The position numbers were made by a program, and so were the translations under genes. Of a DNA stretch of 64,000 bases, positions 23,017-31,217 are shown in pieces (within the stretch, counting starts at the first letter, position 1; every line of letters begins with the position of its first letter). The DNA lies in contig JAFSVI010000144.1 in assembly GCA_017445145.1 (NCBI GenBank), positions 36,992 to 100,991 on the forward strand. Direction: 5' to 3'. The stretch is from Bacteroidaceae bacterium (GTDB taxonomy: Bacteria; Bacteroidota; Bacteroidia; Bacteroidales; Bacteroidaceae). The notes under the pieces were generated by a model, which did not search any database, had not been told where the DNA came from, and saw nothing but the letters and a program-made list of their open reading frames with translations.

Positions 23017-25080
23017 ATGAACCCATTCTGGGACAGACACTACCCCACCCCCCACGAGACGCCACCTTTCGACAAGATACGTCTCGAAGACTATGAGCCT
23101 GCCATCATGGAAGGCATGAAACGCGACCGCGAGTTCATCGACCGCATCGCCAATAACCCCGAACCGCCGACCTTCGACAACACCATTGCCGTCGTTTCCT
23201 TCGACGACCTCCTGGAGCGGGTCAGCAAGGTGTTCTCGTGCATGCTCTCGGCCGACACCAGCGACGAGCTCGATGCACTGGCCACACGCCTGGCACCGCT
23301 GCTCACGCAACATGCCAACGACATCATCTTCAACCGCCGCTACTTCGAGCGCGTGGAGGCCGTCTATAAGAACCACCGCGAGCTCAACGCCGAAGAGCAG
23401 ATGCTGCTGCAGAACTGCTATGACGGCTTTGTGCGTGCCGGTGTGAACCTGCCCGAGGAGAAGCAACAGCGTCTGCGCCAGATGAACGTGGAGCTGAGTG
23501 AACTGACACTTCAGTTCTCGCAGAACAACCTCAAGGACACCAATGCCTTCCAGCTCCACATCACCGACGAGGCGCAGCTTGCCGGGCTGCCCGACAGCGC
23601 ACGCGAGGCGGCGGCTGCAGCGGCGCGCGAGCGCGACCTCGACGGATGGCTCTTCACCCTGCATGCTCCGAGCTACGGCCCCTTCATGACCTACGCCGAC
23701 GACCGCGAGCTGCGCCGCCAGATGTATATGGCCAAAAACACCATCTGCACTCATGGCGACGACCGCGACAACCGCGACCTCGTGCGCCGCATCGTCAACC
23801 TGAGGCTCGAGCGCGCACGCCTCATGGGCTATGAATGCTATGCTGACCTGGTGCTGGAGCGGCGCATGGCCGAGAACAAAGGCAACGTGTTCCACCTCCT
23901 CGACGAGCTGATTGACGCCTATCTCCCCGCCGCACGCCGCGAGCTTGCCGAGGTGGAGCAGTTGGCACGCCGCCTCATGGGCAGCGACTTTGAGATGCGG
24001 CCATGGGATTTCTCCTACTTTGCCCATAAACTCAAGATAGAACGCTGGAACATCGACGCCGAGATGCTGCGCCCATATTTCGAGCTGGGCCGCGTGAAGC
24101 AGGGGGTGTTTGGCCTGGCCACACGCCTCTATGGCATCACCTTCCACGAGCGCAAGGACATACCTGTCTATCACCCCGACGTCACCGCCTACGACGTGCT
24201 CGACGGCGACGGCACCTTCCTGGCGGTGCTCTACACCGACTTCCACCCCCGCGCCTCCAAGCAGAGCGGCGCGTGGATGACAAGTTTCAAGGACCAGTGG
24301 ATAGGCCCGGAGGAGGGATGCAGCGACCCCACCGACGCGTCGCAGTGGAAGAATAGCCGCCCGCAGGTGAGCCTCGTGATGAACCTCACCAAGCCCACGC
24401 CAACCAAGCCCTCGCTCCTCACCCTCGGCGAGGTGGAGACCTTCCTCCATGAGTTTGGCCACGCACTCCACGGCATCTTCGCCAACACACGCTTTGCCAG
24501 CCTCTCCGGCACCAACGTGTATTGGGACTTCGTGGAACTGCCCTCACAGCTCATGGAGAACTTCGCCACCGAGCCTGCATGGCTGCAGACATTCGCGCGC
24601 CACTACGAGACCGACGCCCCCCTGCCGCAGACGCTCATCGACCGCATCGTGGCCTCCAACAACTTCAACATAGCCTACGCATGCATACGTCAGGTGAGCT
24701 TCTGTCTGCTCGACATGGCCTATTACACCATCACTTCACCCCTCGATGGCGACATCATTGACTTTGAGCGCAATGCTTGGCAACGTGCCAAGCTCTTCGA
24801 CGAGGAACCAGGCACATGCATGAGCGTGCAGTTCGGCCACATCATGTCTGGCGGATATGCCGCTGGCTACTATTCCTACAAGTGGGCCGAGGTGCTCGAC
24901 GCCGATGCTTTCTCCGTGTTCAAGGAGGCCGGAATCTTCGACCGCGCCACGGCACAGCGCTTCCGCGACTGCATACTCTCGCGCGGTGGCACGGAGCATC
25001 CCATGACACTCTACCGCCGTTTCCGTGGCCAGGAACCGACCATCGATGCGCTGCTGCGCCGCAACGGCATACGCCAGTGA
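23017..25080 (+). CDS. dcp: M3-family peptidyl-dipeptidase Dcp / oligopeptidase
   Basis: ORF track 22948..25080, trimmed to MNPFWDRHYPTPHETPPFDKI... It carries the zinc motif FLHEFGHALHG. Confidence 0.85.
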   Translation: MNPFWDRHYPTPHETPPFDKIRLEDYEPAIMEGMKRDREFIDRIANNPEPPTFDNTIAVVSFDDLLERVSKVFSCMLSADTSDELDALATRLAPLLTQHANDIIFNRRYFERVEAVYKNHRELNAEEQMLLQNCYDGFVRAGVNLPEEKQQRLRQMNVELSELTLQFSQNNLKDTNAFQLHITDEAQLAGLPDSAREAAAAAARERDLDGWLFTLHAPSYGPFMTYADDRELRRQMYMAKNTICTHGDDRDNRDLVRRIVNLRLERARLMGYECYADLVLERRMAENKGNVFHLLDELIDAYLPAARRELAEVEQLARRLMGSDFEMRPWDFSYFAHKLKIERWNIDAEMLRPYFELGRVKQGVFGLATRLYGITFHERKDIPVYHPDVTAYDVLDGDGTFLAVLYTDFHPRASKQSGAWMTSFKDQWIGPEEGCSDPTDASQWKNSRPQVSLVMNLTKPTPTKPSLLTLGEVETFLHEFGHALHGIFANTRFASLSGTNVYWDFVELPSQLMENFATEPAWLQTFARHYETDAPLPQTLIDRIVASNNFNIAYACIRQVSFCLLDMAYYTITSPLDGDIIDFERNAWQRAKLFDEEPGTCMSVQFGHIMSGGYAAGYYSYKWAEVLDADAFSVFKEAGIFDRATAQRFRDCILSRGGTEHPMTLYRRFRGQEPTIDALLRRNGIRQ

Positions 25081-25114
25081 AACACCCACACCTCCCCCAT
25101 CCACCATCACGAAA

Positions 25115-25543
25115 ATGAAAGACAACAGCATCCTGGACCTGCGCTATCTGCGCATGGCTCGCATCTGGAGCGAGAACAGCTACTGCGTCCGCCGCCAGGT
25201 GGGCGCGCTCATCGTCAAGGATAAAATGATTATCAGCGACGGCTACAACGGCACGCCGTCGGGCTTTGAGAACGTATGCGAGGACGACAACGACGTCACC
25301 AAGCCATACGTGCTCCACGCCGAGGCCAACGCCATCACCAAGATAGCGCGGTCGAGCAACAACTCCGAAGGTGCCACGCTCTATGTCACCGACTCGCCAT
25401 GCATAGAATGCTCAAAGCTCATCATCCAGGCCGGCATACGCCGCGTCATCTACGCACGTGCCTACCGCCTCACCGACGGCATCGACCTCCTGCGCCGTGC
25501 CGGTATCGAAGTGTGCCAGCTTCCCATCGAGGGCTATGAGTGA
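25115..25543 (+). CDS. dCMP deaminase (ComEB-type cytidine/deoxycytidylate deaminase)
   Basis: MKDNSILDLRYLRMARIWSENSYC..HAEANAI..PCIECSKLIIQAGI... Confidence 0.85.
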   Translation: MKDNSILDLRYLRMARIWSENSYCVRRQVGALIVKDKMIISDGYNGTPSGFENVCEDDNDVTKPYVLHAEANAITKIARSSNNSEGATLYVTDSPCIECSKLIIQAGIRRVIYARAYRLTDGIDLLRRAGIEVCQLPIEGYE

Positions 25544-25608
25544 CGGTGGCCACGCGCAGTGCGGCCGCCGTGCTTGTGATTAACACTACAACGACTAAAA
25601 CGCATAAC

Positions 25609-27228
25609 ATGAAATTACGATTCACACCGCTCTGGCTTGCCCTGGCCACCATCGCCGGCATCGCCATTGGCTATTTCTACAGCGCCACCTATGCCGGACG
25701 GCAGCTCAATTTCACCGGCAGCGGCAGCGACAAGCTCAACTTCCTCATGCAGATCATCGACGGCAACTATGTTGACACCGTTGACATGGCGCAGGTCGTC
25801 GAGGACGCCATGCCCGAAATACTGGCCGAACTCGACCCACACAGCAGCTACATACCTGCATCCGAGGCCAAGGCCAGCACCGAGGACCTCGACGGCCACT
25901 TCTCGGGCATCGGCATACGCTTCACCGTCAACAAGGACACCGTCAACGTGATGAACGTCATAAAGGGCGGACCGTCGGAGCGCGTGGGCATACTGCCCGG
26001 CGACCGCATCATTGCGGCCAACGACAGCAGCCTCATCGGCAAAGACAACTCAGAAATAATGAAGCGTCTGCGCGGGAAGAAAGGCACCCCGGTGCGCCTG
26101 AGCGTGGTGCGACAAGGGCAGTCAAAGCCCCTGGTGCTCACCGTCGTCCGCGGCGACGTGCCCGTTGAGACCGTGGATGCCTACTTCATGCTCGACAAGA
26201 ACACGGGCTACATCAGCATCGAGAGCTTCGGCATGAACACCTACCCCGAGATGCTCACCGCCCTGGCACGCCTCAATGTTGAGGGGATGAAGAACCTGGT
26301 CGTTGACCTGCGCGGCAACCGTGGCGGCTACATGCAGACGGCCATCATCATGGCCAACGAGTTCCTGCCGGCACGCCAGCTCGTGGTATATACCGAGGGC
26401 TTGCACTCGCCGCGCGAGGACTATGCCACCGATGGCCACGGCTCCTTCCAGCAACTGCCCATCATAGTGCTCATCGACGAGGGGTCGGCATCGGCATCCG
26501 AGATTTTTGCCGGAGCCATCCAGGACAACGACCGCGGCACCATCATCGGGCGCCGTTCCTTCGGCAAAGGGCTGGTGCAGCAGCCCATGGAGTTCAAGGA
26601 CGGCAGCATCGTGCGTCTCACCATTGCGCGCTACTACACGCCCTCGGGGCGCTGCATCCAGAAGCCATACACCCCCGGCCATGGCGAGGACTATGAGAAC
26701 GACCTCATCATGCGCTACGAGCGCGGAGAGTTCTTCTCGGCCGACAGCATCCACCAGGAAGGTCCGGAGTACAAGACGCGTATCGGCCGCACCGTGTATG
26801 GCGGCGGCGGCATTATGCCCGACATCTTCATCCCCGAGGACACGGCTCTCTACACGAGCTACTACCGCGAGGCCGCATACCGCGGCTTGCTCCTGCAGTT
26901 TGCCTTCGAGTTCAACGACCAGCATCGCGCCCAGCTCTCCAAGCTCAAGAGCGCAGCCGAGATGGAACGCTGGTTGCTCGGACAGAACCTCCTCGAGTGC
27001 TTCGCACAATATGGCGAGAGCCACGGCCTGCAACGCCGCAACCTCATGCTCAAACGCAGCGCACCGCTCTTCGAGCGCAGCCTCATCGCCAACATCATCT
27101 ACGACGCCTCCGACCAGGAACACCGCCTGCAGTACCTCTGCAAGCAGGATCCGGCTATACTGCGCGCGCTGCAAATCATGGAGGCAGGCACCTCGGTGCC
27201 AACGCTCGCCGACAGCCATGCCGAATAA
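25609..27228 (+). CDS. S41-family C-terminal processing peptidase (PDZ domain)
   Basis: MKLRFTPLWLALATIAGIAIGY (TM/signal). Also ..GIGIRF..GGPSERVGILPGDRI.., ..VVDLRGNRGGYM.., ..DEGSASASEIFAGAIQDNDRGTIIGRRSFGKG... Confidence 0.85.
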   Translation: MKLRFTPLWLALATIAGIAIGYFYSATYAGRQLNFTGSGSDKLNFLMQIIDGNYVDTVDMAQVVEDAMPEILAELDPHSSYIPASEAKASTEDLDGHFSGIGIRFTVNKDTVNVMNVIKGGPSERVGILPGDRIIAANDSSLIGKDNSEIMKRLRGKKGTPVRLSVVRQGQSKPLVLTVVRGDVPVETVDAYFMLDKNTGYISIESFGMNTYPEMLTALARLNVEGMKNLVVDLRGNRGGYMQTAIIMANEFLPARQLVVYTEGLHSPREDYATDGHGSFQQLPIIVLIDEGSASASEIFAGAIQDNDRGTIIGRRSFGKGLVQQPMEFKDGSIVRLTIARYYTPSGRCIQKPYTPGHGEDYENDLIMRYERGEFFSADSIHQEGPEYKTRIGRTVYGGGGIMPDIFIPEDTALYTSYYREAAYRGLLLQFAFEFNDQHRAQLSKLKSAAEMERWLLGQNLLECFAQYGESHGLQRRNLMLKRSAPLFERSLIANIIYDASDQEHRLQYLCKQDPAILRALQIMEAGTSVPTLADSHAE

Positions 27229-27760
27229 AGCCTACCTACGCCGCGAGATGCGCCGCCTCAAGGCTGCCCACACCGCCTCCGAGCTGCAAAGGCTCTCGGA
27301 GGCGGCGGTGGGCAATCTGCTTCGGCATCCGCAGTGGCTCGCCGCGCATACCGTGTTGCTCTACCACTCGCTGCCCGACGAGGTGTCCACAAACACGCTG
27401 CTCGATGCCGCCCTGGCGGGGGACAGGACGGTGCTCCTGCCCGTGGTGAGCGCCGACGACCTCGTGGTGCGCCGCTACGACGGCGCCGCCACCCTCACAC
27501 CCGGGGCCTACAACATCCTCGAACCCACGGGCGCCGACTTCACCGACTATGCCGCCATAGACCTGGCCGTCGTGCCAGGCATGGCCTTCACCCGCCAAGG
27601 TCTGCGCCTTGGCCGCGGCAAAGGCTATTACGACCGCCTCCTGCCACGGCTCACCAACGCCATGAAGATTGGGCTTTGCTGGCCGTTCCAGCTCATCGAC
27701 GCCATCCCTGCCGAGGCTCACGACGTGACCATGGACCTCGTGCTGACGGCTGGTGATTAG
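27218..27760 (+). CDS. 5-formyltetrahydrofolate cyclo-ligase
   Basis: MPNKAYLRREMRRLK.. and ..DLAVVPGMAFTRQGLRLGRGKGYYDRLL... The start overlaps the S41 peptidase stop. Confidence 0.8.
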   Translation: MPNKAYLRREMRRLKAAHTASELQRLSEAAVGNLLRHPQWLAAHTVLLYHSLPDEVSTNTLLDAALAGDRTVLLPVVSADDLVVRRYDGAATLTPGAYNILEPTGADFTDYAAIDLAVVPGMAFTRQGLRLGRGKGYYDRLLPRLTNAMKIGLCWPFQLIDAIPAEAHDVTMDLVLTAGD

Positions 27761-27782
27761 CACGCTAATGTTCAACGTCGGC

Positions 27783-28073
27783 CTATGTGAACACTATTTT
27801 CTCTATCACCTGCGCCCCGACGTGCTGGTTGAGCCGGTGGACGAGTGCCACGCGGTTGAGCGAGAGGTCCATGCGCAGTGCCGGCGAGTTGATTTTCACG
27901 TAGAGCACACGCCCGCGGATGAACATGTCGCCAGTGACGCGCGCTATGCCCTCGCCCATAACTTCCGGCCACGATTCGATCAGACGATATTCGTTGTAGG
28001 GCGTCTCCAGCCCCAGCTCGCGTAGCACCTGGTGGGTCACTTGACCCACTTCCTCCACTTTCTTCTTCCTCAT
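27783..28073 (-). CDS. DUF721 (DciA-like) protein, conserved neighbour of recF
   Basis: 96 aa. ..YRLIESWPEVMGEGIARVTGDMFIRGRVLYVKINSPALRMDL... It overlaps the recF stop by 4 nt. Confidence 0.7.
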   Translation of the reverse strand: MRKKKVEEVGQVTHQVLRELGLETPYNEYRLIESWPEVMGEGIARVTGDMFIRGRVLYVKINSPALRMDLSLNRVALVHRLNQHVGAQVIEKIVFT

Positions 28074-29170
28074 GGCCGCACCTCCCCTCCTCTGACGTGG
28101 AACAAACTATAATCGCTCTGCGCCGATGCCAGTATGCTGTCCAAATGGTCGCGGTTGGTGTCGGTGACAAAGATCTGGCCGAAGCGCTCACCCACCACCA
28201 ACCTCACTATCTGCTCCACGCGCCGGGCGTCGAGCTTGTCGAAGATGTCGTCGAGCAACAACAGCGGCGTCGTCTGGCTACCCGTGCGCCTCAGGAAGTC
28301 GAACTGAGCCAGCTTCAGCGCTATGAGGTACGTCTTGTTCTGACCCTGCGAGCCTTCGCGCCGGATGGGGTAGCCGCCGAGCGTCATCACGAGGTCGTCC
28401 CTGTGCACACCGTGGAGCGAATAGCCCACGGCGAGGTCGCGCTGGCGGCCGCCGCGTATGACGTCGAGCAGACTGCCGCGCGCGCCGTGGGATGTATATT
28501 CGAGCCCAACATGTTCACGCGCGCCGCTAACACGTCCGTAGAAGTCCTCAAAGAGCGGAGTGAACTCCTTTATATATGATTCGCGCGCGCGAAACACCAC
28601 TTCGCCGTGGCGAGCCATCTCCTCCTCCCACAGGGCGAGCAACTCGCCATCGGCCGGCGGCTCCTCCTGCTTGAGCAGGGCGTTGCGCTGTTGCAACGCC
28701 TTGTTGTAGGCCACGAGGGCATCGAGATACCGGCGGTCATACTGAGAGATCACCACATCCATGAACCGGCGACGCTCCTCGCTGCCTCCGGCAATGAGCA
28801 ACCCATCCTCGGGCGACACCATCACCAGCGGGATGAGACCGATGTGGTCTGACAGCCGTGGGTAGGCCTTCTTGTTGCGCTTGAGCTGTTTCTTCTGCCC
28901 GCGGCGCAGACCGAGGGTGATTTCCTCGCGGGTGCCGTCCTCGTGGGTATAGGCCCCCTGCAGGAATGCCATGTCCTGGTCGTGGCGTATGCATGCGCTG
29001 TCGGCAGAAGCGAGCGCGCTGCGGCACAGCGAGAGGAAGTGTATGGCGTCGAGCACGTTGGTTTTCCCCTCGCCATTGTCGCCGATGAAGCAGTTCATCT
29101 TGCTGGAGAATGCCAGCTCGGCGTTGGCGATGTTTCTGTAGTTTACGATGGAGAGTTGGTGCAGTATCAT
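28070..29170 (-). CDS. recF: DNA replication and repair protein RecF
   Basis: MILHQLSIVNYRNIANAELAFSSKMNCFIGDNGEGKTNVLDAIHFLS.. and ..LLLDDIFDKLD... Confidence 0.9.
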   Translation of the reverse strand: MILHQLSIVNYRNIANAELAFSSKMNCFIGDNGEGKTNVLDAIHFLSLCRSALASADSACIRHDQDMAFLQGAYTHEDGTREEITLGLRRGQKKQLKRNKKAYPRLSDHIGLIPLVMVSPEDGLLIAGGSEERRRFMDVVISQYDRRYLDALVAYNKALQQRNALLKQEEPPADGELLALWEEEMARHGEVVFRARESYIKEFTPLFEDFYGRVSGAREHVGLEYTSHGARGSLLDVIRGGRQRDLAVGYSLHGVHRDDLVMTLGGYPIRREGSQGQNKTYLIALKLAQFDFLRRTGSQTTPLLLLDDIFDKLDARRVEQIVRLVVGERFGQIFVTDTNRDHLDSILASAQSDYSLFHVRGGEVRP

Positions 29171-29196
29171 TAGCGTTTTGGGCGCTTAAAGCGGTG

Positions 29197-29204
29197 CAAA
29201 GGTA
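29197..29204 (-). promoter_or_regulatory. -7 promoter box TACCTTTG (minus strand)
   Basis: The plus strand reads caaaggta. The box is 27 nt upstream of the recF ATG. Confidence 0.55.
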
Positions 29205-29277
29205 ACATTTTTTCGCCTTTCTGCGGCCAAAAAGTGAAATAATAGCGAAAAAACTTTACCAAACCGCGGAAATTGAC

Positions 29278-29285
29278 TACTTTTG
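29278..29285 (+). promoter_or_regulatory. -7 promoter box TACTTTTG (plus strand)
   Basis: The box is 45 nt upstream of the ATG at 29330. Confidence 0.5.
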
Positions 29286-29329
29286 CGCCGCTTTATTGCG
29301 CAAATAACAATAAAAATCATCATACAAAA

Positions 29330-30007
29330 ATGGCAAAACAACAAAAGACAGCCGCGCCCGAGAACATCGAGGTCGTGACAGCTACAGAAGCATTCGTTGA
29401 CAAGTACAAGAAACAAATCGTGGCATGCGTCGTCTGCGTGTTCGTCCTCGCAGCGTGCATCATAGGCTGGAATGCCTATTCCAAGAGCAACAACAAGACG
29501 GCTTCCGAGGCCCTGTTCCCCTGCGAGACCTATTTCACTGAGGGCAACTACGACAAGGCACTCAACGGCGACGGCGCCGCATGCGTGGGCTTCCTCAAGG
29601 TGGCCGACGAGTATGGTTCCACCAAGGCCGGCAATCTCGCCCGCCTCTATGCCGGCATCTGCCTGGCGCAGACGGAGAAGTATGACGAGGCTGCCAAGCA
29701 GCTCGAGCAGTTCGACATGAAGGACGATGCCATGGTGTCGCCAGCAGCCCTCGGCCTCCTGGGCAATGTGTATGTGAGCATCGGACAAAAGGACAAAGCC
29801 ATAGAGACGCTGAAGAAGGCAGCCAAACGTGCCGACAACCCCAGCCTCTCGCCCACGTTCCTGGTGCAGGCCGGCCAGCTCTACGAAGCCGACGGCAAGA
29901 AGGACGAGGCGCTGAAGCTCTACAAGCAGGTGAAGGAGCAGTACCCCACGTCCATGGTCGTGCAGATGCAGGAAATCGACGGCTACATAGAGCGCGCCAG
30001 CAACTAA
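29330..30007 (+). CDS. Membrane-anchored tetratricopeptide-repeat (YfgM-like) protein
   Basis: ORF track 29273..30007, trimmed to MAKQQKTAAPENIE... It has a TM segment (IVACVVCVFVLAACIIGW) followed by TPR-like helices (..GNYDKAL.., ..KYDEAAKQL.., ..GKKDEALKLYKQV..). Confidence 0.65.
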   Translation: MAKQQKTAAPENIEVVTATEAFVDKYKKQIVACVVCVFVLAACIIGWNAYSKSNNKTASEALFPCETYFTEGNYDKALNGDGAACVGFLKVADEYGSTKAGNLARLYAGICLAQTEKYDEAAKQLEQFDMKDDAMVSPAALGLLGNVYVSIGQKDKAIETLKKAAKRADNPSLSPTFLVQAGQLYEADGKKDEALKLYKQVKEQYPTSMVVQMQEIDGYIERASN

Positions 30008-30085
30008 GCTTGCGGCCGCACCCACCACGCCCACTGGCGTTCGGATGCAGTAAATCGACGCCTACATTGGCAGCACAAGAGATAA

Positions 30086-30142
30086 GGGACCAAAGATTAG
30101 AGAGCAGGAAATCCCTTCCCCTCATCTCTAATCTTTGGTCCC
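30086..30142. terminator. 18-bp perfect inverted repeat (hairpin) downstream of the TPR gene
   Basis: gggaccaaagattagaga (30086-30103) pairs with tctctaatctttggtccc (30125-30142), with a 21-nt loop. There is no clear U-tract. It is AT-rich relative to its surroundings. Confidence 0.5.
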
Positions 30143-30254
30143 TCCCTTATCCCCTCCTTTCACCCTTCCCTACAATCTCCTTTCTCCCTTCCCTCCACTT
30201 CTCCCTCCTCAACTCCTCATTCCCTCCCCTTCTCTCCCACACTTAACACCCCCT
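30143..30254 (+). repeat. Roughly 110-nt almost purine-free (C/T) tract forming the ribH leader
   Basis: ctcccttatcccctcctttcacccttccctacaatctcctttctcccttccctccacttctccctcctcaactcctcattccctccccttctctccc... Confidence 0.85.
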
Positions 30255-30737
30255 ATGGCTACATCCCTCCATAACCTCTCCCTATACGACCCCACCACCA
30301 TCCCTTCGGGCAAAGGCCGCCGCTTTGGCATCGTCGTTGCCGACTGGAACGACCGTTACACCTACGCCATGCGCGACGGTGCCATCCGCACCTTCCTGGC
30401 CAACGGTGTCAGCGCCGACGACATCGTCGTGCGCCACGTGCCTGGCAGCTTCGAGCTTGTATATGCCACGGCTCTGATGATGCAGGCCGGCAATGTCGAT
30501 GCCATCATCAGCATCGGCTGCGTAATTCGCGGCGACACGCCCCACTTCGACTACATCTGCCAGGGCACCACCCAGGGCCTGGCCGAACTCAACACGCGGG
30601 CCACGGTGCCCGTCATCTACGGCCTTTTGACATGCAACACCGAGGCCCAGGCCGCCGACCGCACCGGCGGCGCTCTCGGCAACAAGGGCGACGAGTGCGC
30701 CGTGGCCGCACTGCGCATGGCCGCCATATCCTTCTGA
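30255..30737 (+). CDS. ribH: 6,7-dimethyl-8-ribityllumazine synthase
   Basis: ORF track 30135..30737, trimmed to MATSLHNLSLYD..RFGIVVADWN..VPGSFEL..IRGDTPHFDY..GNKGDECA... Confidence 0.9.
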   Translation: MATSLHNLSLYDPTTIPSGKGRRFGIVVADWNDRYTYAMRDGAIRTFLANGVSADDIVVRHVPGSFELVYATALMMQAGNVDAIISIGCVIRGDTPHFDYICQGTTQGLAELNTRATVPVIYGLLTCNTEAQAADRTGGALGNKGDECAVAALRMAAISF

Positions 30738-30740
30738 ACC

Positions 30741-31208
30741 ATGGCAAAGGAAAAACAACGCACCATCAACATCAAGAACCGCAAGGCTCCCTTCGACTAC
30801 GTCCTGCTCGACAAATACACCGCCGGGCTGGTGCTCACGGGCACCGAGATCAAGAGCATCCGCCAGGGCAAGGCGAGCCTCGTCGATACATACTGCGTGG
30901 TCCAGGGCGGCGAGATGTGGGTCAAGGGCATGAACATTGCACAGTACTTCTACGGCACCTACAACAACCACGCCGCGCGCCGCGACCGCAAGCTCCTGCT
31001 CAACCGCCGCGAGATCCACAAGCTCTCCAACGCCATCAAGAGCCCTGGCTTCACCATCGTGCCCACTCTCCTCTTCATCGACGAGAACGGCCGCGCCAAG
31101 CTCGACATACATCTTGCACGTGGAAAGAAGAGTTTCGACAAGCGCGAGACGCTGAAGGAGAAAGAAGACCGCCGCGACATCGACCGTCAGTTCAAGCACA
31201 GCTATTAG
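30741..31208 (+). CDS. smpB: SsrA-binding protein
   Basis: [53 protein letters not shown]... Confidence 0.9.
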   Translation: MAKEKQRTINIKNRKAPFDYVLLDKYTAGLVLTGTEIKSIRQGKASLVDTYCVVQGGEMWVKGMNIAQYFYGTYNNHAARRDRKLLLNRREIHKLSNAIKSPGFTIVPTLLFIDENGRAKLDIHLARGKKSFDKRETLKEKEDRRDIDRQFKHSY

Positions 31209-31217
31209 CCGCCCGCG

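Noticed and set aside
22990-24471. A 493-aa minus-strand ORF
   Set aside because: It is antisense to the M3 peptidase gene (HEFGH motif on the plus strand) and has no recognisable domains.
30008-30254. An FMN riboswitch upstream of ribH
   Set aside because: I could not find the conserved FMN-element blocks. The region is a hairpin plus a pyrimidine tract.
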